NCBI RefSeq assembly: GCF_001194135.2 | Contig: NC_068983.1 | Coordinates: 70,482,203-70,546,202 of the forward strand | Direction: 5' to 3' | Length of the DNA: 64,000 nt | Origin: Octopus bimaculoides | Lineage: Eukaryota | Shown: in pieces, positions 52,162-64,000 of the stretch | Layout: each line of letters begins with the position of its first letter | Numbering within the stretch: the stretch's first letter is position 1 | Made by a program: the position numbers and the translations under genes | Notes under the pieces: generated by a model | What the model was told of the DNA's origin: nothing | Seen by the model: only the letters and a program-made list of their open reading frames with translations | Database searches by the model: none

Positions 52162-54459
52162 TTTTCCTATTTTATCTAAAGCTTTCTTCCTTGGCATGAA
52201 TAAGTAAATCCTAAGTACTTCACTCAAGTTTTCAATGTGAACAATTACAATGCCAATCTGCTTAGTTTTATTATGAATCTATGAAATTACAAAATTTAAT
52301 CATCTAAATAAGAGTGATGCTTTTGTGAAACTTTTGCTTTCTGATATAGAGCCAAAGAATACATTTTGAAGAATTTCTGCTACCATCCATTTGAAAAATT
52401 GGAAGATTGACTCCCTACATGGCTCTCAGCTTTTAGTATATTGTTTCCTTTATGACTTTATATATTGTTACAATACATACAGCGTTTCTCTTGCATTCCA
52501 CTCATTCAATCACTCTTGGATTTTCAGTCTGCATTTCATTCAGAGGTGGTTCACTATACGACTGGACCTTATTCTTTGTCTCTATAGTTTAACACAGTCC
52601 ACCAAAACAATAAATTTCTAAATCATACATGGGCAACCATTTTCGAGAAGTAGGCCACATGGGACATGGAGCATCATCAGGCGGGCCGCACTACTAAACA
52701 AATTCAAGGTAACTTTTCGTTCAGCGTGCTACTCAGTCAACCACGCGGGCCACAATTCGCACATGACTGCTTTAAATGTGGCGTTGCCATAGATCTGTAT
52801 TGTAGAATTATGTTTTAGTCTTTCTTTCCATTGCCTATTACTGTTCCCAACATTACCAGTACTCTGTCGTTGTTCATCTCTGCAAATTCTATGACAAGCA
52901 GTTTAAATTTTTCACATCCATAAAGCTGTAATAGCATACATCAGGGACTCAACTTACACGTTTTAAATTGTAATATTTTATAATTAAATAATCACTTTTA
53001 AGAAATTGTGTGCATAAAGTCATGGACTGCCATGTTGGCTTGGCGATAACTATTAATACCCAGTACCGCTGCCGTAGTCTCCTTTAGAGAGACTTAGAAA
53101 TATTAATATACATATATTAATATATATATACACAAACGTATTTATGCATGCATGCACGTTTGTATGCATGTATATGTGTGTGTATATATGCATATATATG
53201 GGTATATGCATATGTTTATTGAAGAAACCACTATATTCCAGTTTAATCTATTCTATTATTGATGTTTTTACATTCTCTTACTTGTCCATCATGTTTAATT
53301 GAGAACGCACACACAAACACAGTCAAACACATATACACATTCACTCACACACATCCCTATACATACATACATATGTATATATACATACACACGTACATAT
53401 AAACACATAGATGTATCCTCACATGTATGTATATGCACATACACACATACAATTACACGCATTCATTCATAGATTTACGTGCGTTGTTACACACATGTGC
53501 CACTAATATTGAATCTCTGACCGAGTGCATAACATTGCTGCAATGTACTAATTTCGTTTCATTTTTTCCATCGACTAATTGGATGATTAATCGATTTTAC
53601 TGAGTCAATAAATGAGTGGACAAGAAATTTAGCACACTGGAATAGAGTTTATTAATGACTTTGTAGGTCTTCACAACCTGACAGAACAAGTCACATTTCA
53701 GGTAGAACGTATTATATCGTCAGAAAACATGGCTGACACTAAAGAGTAGGCTATTGTCGATGCTGCTTATTAGCCCCAGATTAACCGTATCCAATGAAAG
53801 CGCCAGGCCAGAACAAACCCGGACATTGCACAGGCCTGCAAAATTTAATCTTAATGAAAAGTTGTACATATGCTATTCATTTTGTGTTTGTGATTTTACG
53901 TTTTTAGGAGTCACGCTTTTCCCGGTGCATTTCTATGGTAAATCTTTGTAGTTTTTCACTGCAGTGTGTTTATTTGCATCAGTTTATTAAGCAGTAATCA
54001 CATGATAATTACTGTAAATAATATTTTCAACAAATATGTATTTCTTTCCTGTTCTTTTAATTTTGAGTAACGCCTATTAAATTTTTCTATATTCCTGCAT
54101 TCACAGATTTCCATATGTAAGATTAGTGAGTCTTCAATTGCAAGCGCAGTATATTAACATTACTACGATCCAAAATGCTAGTTTCTCATTTCTGTTTTTG
54201 TAGTAATTCCTCTGTAGTGAGCCCATGTCGTGTACTTTGTCGTCTATTTACATGTAAGTTCCTCACTTCTTTTATTCATCGTTTAAGAGGTGGAAGTTGC
54301 AGCCTCCCGTACCTCCGATTTAGCCAAAGGCTGATCTTCATGCAATAAATTCCGGTGAAAATCTTTGATCAAGAACTAAATGTTGACATCAGTTTTCAGG
54401 CAGAAGTAGTTTTACGACATTTGATATTTATTCAGAGCTGCAGTTCAAATTGTATCAAT

Positions 54460-55020
54460 ATTAGATATTTAGCTTTATTGTTAAACAATTTACACCATGA
54501 TCCTTGGATTTTATGGGCAATTTGAAAACTTTGCGAACAAAAAGCAGCTCCTCCCCGAAATTTGCTCGTATTTCTCACCATACCACGTCCTTCTGGCTAT
54601 TCTTATTGTATCCTCGGAACATTGAAGAGTTTTCTATGCGACATTAAAGGCATAAGTTCGTTGTAATCGTTTGGCTCTGATTTACACTCAACAGGTATAC
54701 CCATAAGAAGTTTTACTTAAAGATATTGCCAAAATTATTAGAATATTCGGCTTTAGGGAGACGAGGAGATCTCGTCTTCACAGAGCTTCGTCTTAAATAC
54801 ATTCAAATTTCTTCAGTAATGTAATAAGTGATGTGTGAATATCAAAAATATCAGCAAATATTTTCTTTAAGCGAGTAAACATTTTTGCAATATTTCTCAT
54901 GCATCAGCATTAGATATTTAAGGTTTATTGCTTTATTAATTAGTTTAAACAATTTTCTCCATGATCCTTGGATTTTACGGGCAATTTGAAATCATACCGA
55001 GCAAAAAGGTCATTCATCCC
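54460..55020 (+). repeat. Diverged ~110-bp direct duplication, 464-bp offset
   Basis: ccatgatccttggatttta.gggcaatttgaaa at 54495 and 54959, with similar flanks (ttagatattt...aaacaattt). Confidence 0.75.
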
Positions 55021-55298
55021 CAAAGATTTTTGCCTGTTTACAATTTAGAGCTCGTTTAAACTTTGTATGCAGTCTAGCCCGTTTGGATAATAAGCTGAAT
55101 ATGTAAAAGTCACCTAAAGTCCCACTCTTTGGTACTTTTTGCAGGTTTCCATGAGATATCCCCATGATAGACAAAATAGAGCTGCTGAATAAAGCTTAAA
55201 CATTTTGAAAAGGAAAAGGAAATGATCGCGTTATAAAAAAAATATTTGATCTATATACTAATGTTATTGTGTATCTTTTTTGTAACGCCACAACACGA

Positions 55299-55347
<49 letters not shown>

Positions 55348-57059
55348 TGGGAGATAGAGAGGGAGAGAGAGAAGGGAAGACAGAAGTTTTTTTAGAAGCG
55401 AGAGGTTGAGTTTATGTAAGTGTTAAGGTAAATATGCAAGGGAAAGCGTGTGTAGTGCAAGGGATAGCTAAACAGGAAGAGGGCGAAGAAGAAGAAAGAA
55501 TATCAAGATATAGTAAGGTTTGTGCTTTGGTTATTATGTTCTTATATTTCACCACACACCTCCACTCCTCCCCCCTTCTCTCTCTCGGCTTGTTTACAGT
55601 ACTTTGGAAATTGTATCTTAGTATAGAAAACAATGGCATCTTTTAGATTAATGTGAGAGCACTGTTAGTTCTTGAAAATCTATACAGATTTGAGTGAATA
55701 GTCGGGGATGTTTCAGGTACAGGGAGAACGACAGTCCTATCAGTGCACAGAAATGTCTGCAGTTAGTCTGTTATTTGACAAATTAATTTTAAATTATATC
55801 AAATTGCATTGGTTTTAAATTTTATCAAAAATATAGGTTCTTAATAGGTACAGGGCGGAAGTTGTTGCATTTTTAATTATAAATTCTCGTGTCGTCTTTC
55901 AAGTGTTCATTAGACAACTTTGTACTTTAGACTAGTCATCTTAGCTGTCATTTTAGCTGGGATACAAAGGTTATGAGTGAAACGCTTGGCATAGTTGAAT
56001 TGTATTATTCCACCCATCCTCCCTGTAGTCAACCACATGTTTGTTTTCTTTTTTTGTTTCCTCTACTTTTCAACATTAAAGCTGAAATGAATGAAACTAC
56101 AGCAACTTTCCTAAAGTATCATTAAACTAAGACTGGAATGAAAAAATTTCAAAATGTCGGTAAATGAATGTATTTTTTGCACGAAGCCGACATAAATCTC
56201 TAAGGGATAAGTAAAACAGGGGAGGAGTGAGGGGTATATGAGATTAAACAACGTTTGTACTTTTATTTGTGGCTATTAGTAGTACTAAAGAAAAAAATCT
56301 ACGCGACTCGAAATGCTGAAAATATGAAATTATATTGATATTTTTAATTCGTCAGTCCACACACACACACATACACACACACACACACATAGACACACAC
56401 ACACACGAACACACACACTTTACACTCGTACACACACTTTCACATGTACACAGCAAATAAGGCAGAAAACTAGAACTAAATGTAAGTATTAAAAGAGAAA
56501 AAACAATATGGATCAAAAAATTTTATACAGAATTTCAAAATATCTGTTGAAATAAATTCAAAGAATAAACTTGAAATTGATATTCTATTTTTTAATCTAA
56601 ATTTTCAATTGACTTTTGAAGATAAATTTGTTTCAGTATTTACAAGGTTTTACGTAGATTTGTACATTTAAACATCACCATCTGCAACATATTGGAAGGT
56701 GCCGTAATATATTTGACAGGTGTCCAGGATGTGTTGTTTTTTTTTTTTAATATATTTTTAGTCAGGTTTTACGGATCTACGCGTATAGGAAACTTGTTGG
56801 CTGCAACCGTAATCTGAAATGATCCTTTCGAAAAGAATTAGTCGTAATATCTTGTTTAATAAAATATTATTTCCTCGATAATTATCGATATTGATGAATT
56901 GACAGAAGCATTTTGGAATTGGATTAAACGAGTCTGTGGTATTAAGAAACGTCTTTGTTTCCTGATATACAAAATCACAGGACGACTACAGCTGGAATGC
57001 ATTTGGTCCTTGTTCATTTCTGTTGCAGTTCGCCTACAGCTGAATCAACAACAATGATA

Positions 57060-57430
57060 TCTATCCTATAATTCTTTCTACTCTAGGTACATGATCTGAA
57101 GTTTTGGTGGAGAGTAACTAGTCGATTACATCAACTCCAATGCTCAATTGGTACTTATTTTATCGACTCCGAAAGGATGAAAGAGAAATCGACTCCTTTG
57201 ACATTTACTTAATAATCCTTTCTATTGGAAGCACAAAGCCTTAAATTTGGGGCAAGGGATTAAGTCGAATATATCGACCCCCAGTAAGTAAATGGTACTT
57301 AATTCATCGACTCCGAAAGAATGAAAGGCAAAGTCGACTTTGGCAGAATTTGAACTCAGGACGTAGCGACAGACGAAATACCACTAAACATTTCACCCAG
57401 CGTGCTAACGATTCTGCCAGCTCGCCGCCT
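57060..57430 (-). mobile_element. Two tandem SINE family A copies (partial + near full length)
   Basis: The core tacttattttatcgactccgaaaggatgaaag occurs twice; the second copy ends gattctgccagctcgccgcct. Confidence 0.8.
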
Positions 57431-59599
57431 AACATCTACTTAATAATAATACCAAACATGTCCGGAGTTACCTTAAATATTTACAAAAACCTCTATAATA
57501 TTACTCAATGTCAAATAGATTCTTGCACGCTGCGTAATTTTATAACCTTTTTCTAATTATAACATTTTTAATTTTCACAGCATTAACTAACTTAACTTAA
57601 TGATCCAGTCCCTCTCACCGCAATAGGTACTGTCTATAATAAAGTTTATCTGGATGGAAAATGGCTGAATAAATAAGAAGTTCACTTCGTAATCACGATG
57701 TCAAGAGTTCTATCCCACTGTATGTTGTGAGTCAAAATGAATAGATGGAAGTCCATCAGGTGAATTGCATCTGTAATTCTGGAAAAAGTACAGCTGTGAC
57801 GCACGTTCATTCTTACAAGATAACATTAAGTGTACGTTAATTCATTGGCTGAAAAACCAAGTCCTCATCGAAAAAGGCCGCTAGAGATCCTTTAATTTTA
57901 CCGAAATAAACAGCATGAATTATCATTTCTCGATTAGTGTTTCATTAGCTAGTAGCAAAGGATTTCAAATCCTGCCATGGAAGGGGATAGGTTCCATTGC
58001 GTTGATTTCGAGTAGATACGTTGCTACACGAAGAAAATTTCAAATGTTTCAACTTAAACGTGAGACGGTTGATTAGTCCAGATCCTCTCTGATCCTAATA
58101 GACCTATGACCTAAGGTTTTCCAGTCATAACAATTCCCCGTTGTGTATTACTACACTATTTTCTTTCTTAACGCGTGAACAGATTGGTGTTAAGGTGATT
58201 GGTAAAGCCTCAATGTGATTGCTTCATTTTTTTGGCCCTGTAGTGAGATATGTTAGCACTATTTTGTTGTGGTGGCATAGCACAGTCATGTTACGCCCAA
58301 AACATCCAATCACTGCTGGCCACGGAAGGATACACGTGACGCAGCGATGAAGTGCGTGTTTTGAAAGGCAATAATCAGTTCCTGAGAAGATATCGAGATG
58401 CAGACAAATTAGTTGTTCGTCCAGACGACTAAACGTTGCTAAATTAACGCTGATACAACTATGGGATTTTCACCTCGCCTCACAACTACTACAAAACTCA
58501 TTAGATATTTTAGATATGCAGCCAAGTAACGAATCTATTGATGTTTATTAAGAAACTAACCCATGTCTCGCTATACCCTATTGCCTTGAACACTTACCTC
58601 TGATGTGCCTACTACTTTATGTGTGACTAAGGAATAAATTGTGATGTTCATTCGCATAAAAAAACAAACAAACATTGTCTTCTGATATTTATCTTTGCAT
58701 CCATGTAAACATTTGTAACAAGAGGTAAATTAAGAGTTGGGTTTTATCAGTTTAGGAAGTATATCTAGATGTGTGCACGTAAGGTTTGAAATGTATAAAT
58801 GTATGTTTTACATAAAGGTAACGACAAATATCAGAAGGTAATGTTTTTGGTTAAGCAACACAATTCATTCCTTGCTCACACATGAAGTAGCCGGCACAAC
58901 AGAGAGGGTGTAGGAGACGTGAATTAATTCCTTAATACACATCCATGTCGGTAGCTCCGGTACTTGGTTGCAAATCTAAAATATCCTACTAGTTTTGAAG
59001 TGGTAGTGAGGCGAGGTTGAAATCCCATAGCGTGTCGAGCTAAACGAGCCACACGCTCGTCGATAGTTTAGTGTCTCCATCTGAATGAGATTAAGCAAAG
59101 CAACGATGAAAAGGAACTAGGTGTTAGCGTCCCGACATTTAGACAGCGACTGAATAAAACGCTCTTGAAAAGCGCGCGTTATTATACTGGGTGAAAGTCG
59201 TCATGTGTATTCCTCCGACACTAGTTTTTAAAGTGCGGAGGAACACGGCACCAGTGTGCTGCTACGTTAGGGCGAAGTAATTCGACTGCACTGCTATGCT
59301 ACACACTTATAATATCTAGAACCTTCTTACATACACACTATCCTAGCCAATGTGGTATCGTCTTTCTAATCTTCCTCTTGTTACAGCCCCATTCGCATAG
59401 ACGATTTAGAGAGGAAGGGCGAGGGAGGGAGAGAAGAAATGATCTTGACCCCGCTAATCAGCAATGACCCTCACCTACTTGATAGTTCTTTTGTACCGAT
59501 GTAAGCAAATTTTGCTTACACAAATTAGATCCCATATAATAATCTAAATTAGAGCACTAATAACAGGCTTTGAATCTAGTCGGCTTAACTCCGAATATA

Positions 59600-59810
59600 C
59601 TTTTCTACTCTAGACACAAGGCCCGAAATTTTTTGGGAGGGGCCAGTCGATTAGATCGACCACAGTCACATCTGGTACTTAATTTATCGACCCCGAAAAG
59701 ATGAAAGGCAAAGTCGACCTCGGTGGAATATGAACACAGAACTTAAAGACAGACGAAATACCGCTAAGCATTTCGCCCGGCGTGCTAACGTTTCTGCCAG
59801 CTCGCTACCT
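59600..59810 (-). mobile_element. tRNA-derived SINE family A
   Basis: Same core and head as 51930-52161. Confidence 0.88.
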
Positions 59811-59861
59811 TTTAACTTCGAATATTATGCCCACACATCCCTACCAATATGCACGCATCTA

Positions 59862-59928
<67 letters not shown>

Positions 59929-60297
59929 GCCTATCTGTTTGTCTGTCCGCCTGCCCATCTACCGATCCACCTCTTTCTGTCTTTCTCTCTCCAAACTTGC
60001 TACTCACTTTCTATCTATCTTATTTGCAGACAACTTCCAGACACAACTTTTACCAGTTGAAAGCTCCGCATACGGGACAATAACAGGCTACTTACCACAC
60101 AGCCACGTTCATAATATTGCTCATAATAGTATTTGTTTTATGTTGAGTTAGGCCTAGCGACAGCAGCCACCGCCTCACACCACTACGAATGGACCCTTTA
60201 CACACACTCACACACACACACTTACGTACGTACGTACGTATGTATGTATGTATGTGTGTATGTATGTATGTATGTATGTATGTATGTATGTATGTAT

Positions 60298-60411
60298 GTT
60301 ATCAATCAGTTTCATTTCTGTATTTCTTGTCCATAGAAAAAGAGCCGGACTCTTACATAGATTCAAGGCTTCTTCATTGGAACTTTTATAAATACCATCT
60401 AGGTATTTGTG

Positions 60412-60464
<53 letters not shown>

Positions 60465-60760
60465 TTTGGTGTTAGTGTATGCGCAGATTTGTATGTCTGT
60501 TTTATGGATGCGTTTTTAATGTATATATTTTCATGTCTAGATGCATGCATATGTATTTTTGTGCTAAAGTTTTGGAAAGTTTTACATATCTTTACAGTTC
60601 CATTGATGGCTTGAATCTGTAGTTTTCTAATCAGCCTTTTTCTTTCAGATTTTGATAACCCTAATTTTTCCAGGTTTTTGTTGAGGCAGTTCGTTACATA
60701 TCCCAATGCTCCAACAATCACGGGTATGAATCTGAACTTGTAGTCTGGGTGGAGTATGCA
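60298..60760 (-). mobile_element. Short 5'-truncated copy of the (CATA)n-associated RLE LINE
   Basis: LHPDYKFRFIPVIVGALGYVTNCLNKNLEKLG...GTVKICKTFQ; 3' UTR 60300-60400 is homologous to 6641-6745; (TATG)n on both sides. Confidence 0.8.
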
Positions 60761-60844
60761 TGTATGTATGTATTCATGTACGTTTATGATATGTGTACAC
60801 ACCCACATACACACATACACGCCGCACACACACAAACACACATA

Positions 60845-61149
60845 GGGTAAAAGGACCCCGCTTCGGTCATGAATGATCATGAGATTGCAGCTAGAAAGTT
60901 ACTTTCTTAGTCACATGCCCAAGCAAAGTTGTCGCCCATGTATACCAGCCTCCCCTCTACCTGCCACCGATGTTAATCCAAGGGAAAGGCAAAGGCTGAT
61001 ACAGCAGTGACGGCGGAACTCATTTCTGCTATTGAGTGAACAGGGACAACACGAAATAAAGTGTCTTGCTCAAGAGCACACTACCCGGCCTGGGAATGGA
61101 ACTCAGTATCTCATGATTGTGAACCCGACGCTCTAGGCACTGAGCCATA

Positions 61150-61150
<1 letters not shown>
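60845..61150 (-). mobile_element. tRNA-derived SINE family D
   Basis: Homologous to 33525-33825. Confidence 0.75.
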
Positions 61151-61221
<71 letters not shown>

Positions 61222-61487
61222 TGTGCACGCGCCGTACAGCCAGCTGGAGACGATGTTTCCTGGGGCTAAATAACACTGTGACGAAAGGACTCTGGCCGAA
61301 ATACGATTAATGTAAAAAAAAAAATAAAATAAAGCTGAAGCAAATTAACACCAAATATATAGTGCGTGTGTTTTTATTGGCTAAACTGGCAACATGACCA
61401 TCCCCAAATAGAATAATATCTGTTTCAACACACGATATCACATCAAGAATCTTACTAAACGAATATATAAACGTATATAACATATAC

Positions 61488-61526
<39 letters not shown>

Positions 61527-61556
61527 CACACACAAATACACACATNNNNNNNNNNC

Positions 61557-61625
<69 letters not shown>

Positions 61626-61627
61626 AT

Positions 61628-61830
61628 TGTGGTGACGCGTGGCTTAGTGGATAGGATTTATCGGAAGATTGTGGTTTCGATTCCTGGACCTGTTCTTGAG
61701 CAAAACACTTCATTTTACATTGCTGCACTCAGCTGACCAAAATGAATAATCGCGAAATGGACTAGCATCCCGTCCAGGTGGGGAATATATGCGCTACAGA
61801 AACCAGAAAACTGACACTATGAGTATATAT
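61628..61830 (+). mobile_element. tRNA-derived SINE, degraded
   Basis: gcgtggcttagtgg...ggtttcgattcctggacc...cttgagcaaaacacttcattt...ggactagcatcccgtccagg. Confidence 0.6.
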
Positions 61831-64000
61831 GACTGGGGAAGGAAACCTGTTTACCAACACCCGTAACAGTCATTCGCAAAACCGGGTAATCCCAGAGTAA
61901 ACATTTACACCCACAGTTATACTTATAACCGTTTGCCTGTCTATATGGACGTACACACGTATATACATGCATGCATATATACTCTCTCACACACATATGC
62001 TGACACATGCATGTATTTTATGTACGTGGTGCTTATGTGTGTTTGCATGCATATACGATTGTGTGTGTGTATATCACTGTAAAAATGAAGTGACTCATTC
62101 CTCACTAAAATAATCAATGCTGTCTAATGTTATCTCCCTTAAATACAGAAACGCAAATCTTATAAGTTAGCTCCCTTGTCCCGTATTTCGCATATTTTCG
62201 TCTAATTTCAGTTTCAATTGAAATATTTATAATATTAAAAGAATCAATAATTTAACGTTAGAAATAATTACGTTTGTCAGAAAGCAATATAAGTTTATCT
62301 CAGTTCGTGTACATAGCAAGAAACACGACTGAGCTATGTACTGTATGAATATGTTAATCGAATGTGTCGCATTGATGTCGATTGCCCCCCCCCCTCCTGA
62401 TTAGTCATTGAAACCTTCGATTAGCTATAAACATTGACATTTAAACTGTCCTTGCATAGTAAAGAACGATCTCTATGTCGGCTACAAACTGTCTTCTATT
62501 ACAATCAACCTTGTATCACTTCATCCAGTTGTGATTTCTTCATCTTTATTGGGGAGGGGCAGTAGGTGGGCAGGATTGATAAACTGTCGGTAAGAATACA
62601 TCGTTATTTAGTTATGGCCCTTTAGGCTCTGCATTCAGATCTTACTGATGTCAACTTTGCCTTTAATCCTTGCGGGGTTGATGCAATATAGCTCCAGTCA
62701 AGTGCCAGGCCTAGATTTAATCTTATAGAGTATTCTAGAAAACTAAAGCTAAAATCAATATTTTATACTTAATATAGGTCGTTAAAGAAGACACCATCGG
62801 TAAGAATTGGTTATGTAACACCAGCGCATAAAAGGTTCCTCTACATATTGCAGGACTGGAAAGATTTTGAAAATTTATTTATTTGTTTCTTTATAGAATA
62901 CCATCAGTTATCCATGCAATAAGCATCACTTTACCCTGCCATTGGTGTTACCCAGCACGAAGGTGGATATTGCTTGGTATCATTGTCGTCGCAGGTAAAC
63001 TGAGAACATAATGAGTCGGAACAAATATCACAAGATATTTTGTCCAACACATTTACAACTACCTGGACGTGTATTATATTTAATCGACCTCGGAAGATCA
63101 TTATCATTGCTACTGAGCTAGAAATTACATCCTCAATAGAGTGCCCGATCTAATTGATGTACTGTGTTATTAATTATGTCCAGTTTATATTCTAAGTTCA
63201 TATCCTGTGGGTTTTGTAGATGCGAATTTGCCTTTGGCTTTACAGTAACCTATTTCGCTTGCCTTGAAGCATTCAGAACCTTTGCTTTATTACAATAAAG
63301 AATATACAATCTCCCAAGGAAAATCTGCTAATTACCCAGGTTGGTGCCTGTGGGAGCTTCAGAATGTTTTGGGTGAGCGCTAATTTGTAACTATGCTTAA
63401 GTGGAGTTTCGAAACAAATGCATCACTGCAAATTTGAGGATATGCCACTGAATACTGAGGGAGCGGCGTCCTCCAGTGCACCCCATTATCGATGGGCATA
63501 TATCTACCCCATGTGTGCCTCTTCACGCTCTCTGAACTCCTGTTTTTCGAAAACAGAAGTTGATATTTTGTCAATTATATCATTTGAATTTCAAACCTGA
63601 CAACACACCTAGCTACTCCTTACATAAACCTGATTCAAGCCACTGTTCTATTCGGTTTGCTAACCTGCTAGAAATGGTGACCAAATTTCCCTAATAAGGA
63701 AGGACACATTGGTTAATGTAGTCCCCCATATATATATATAATAAAAGTTAATAATGGACTGACGTGGGACAATTCAACCACAAAATAGAAAGAGCGTTAA
63801 GTTAGTGCTGAGATAAAACTCCTTAAAATTGTTAACTATGTTCTCTAGAGTTCAAACTTTGCAGTGTTCATTTTTATCTCATTTCTCACCGAAATCAATA
63901 AAAATAAGTACATGCTCTATCGATTTCATCGACTATACTAGCTCTTTACAAACAGCTAGCCTACTGGTGATAATGTAAGAAATAATGATCGATTTTTTCC

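Noticed and set aside
52620-52800. Possible hAT MITE (catgggcaacc...gcgggcc...gttgccat)
   Set aside because: The TIR match is partial and no TSD was found.
54100-54260. Micro-exon-like AG...GTAAG signals
   Set aside because: Such signals occur often by chance in AT-rich DNA, and there is no coding or neighbouring-exon support.
58850-59300. CpG-enriched patch as a promoter
   Set aside because: No downstream gene is visible; a short EKELGV reading hints at a LINE remnant but is too weak to call.

Overview
This is AT-rich, microsatellite-dense animal genomic DNA with six assembly gaps; the SINE families and repeat landscape suggest an octopus or other coleoid cephalopod (inference, no search run). 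I see no intact host protein-coding gene and no true tRNA or rRNA gene. The window is mostly transposon relics: two Penelope-like retroelements (RT plus GIY-YIG), each with a hammerhead-ribozyme motif upstream; restriction-like-endonuclease (RLE) LINEs sitting in (TAA)n or (CATA)n microsatellites; mariner, maT and Academ-like DNA transposon relics; MITEs; and many tRNA-derived SINEs. A decayed intronless rhodopsin-class GPCR lies at about 11.9-12.7 kb (minus). The most unusual observation is the minus-strand Penelope at 8.0-11.2 kb. Its GIY-YIG nuclease carries an in-frame insertion of about 190 codons between the VIY and YIG motifs, including two diverged 51-codon repeats. Most short ORFs in the supplied track are microsatellite or antisense artefacts.
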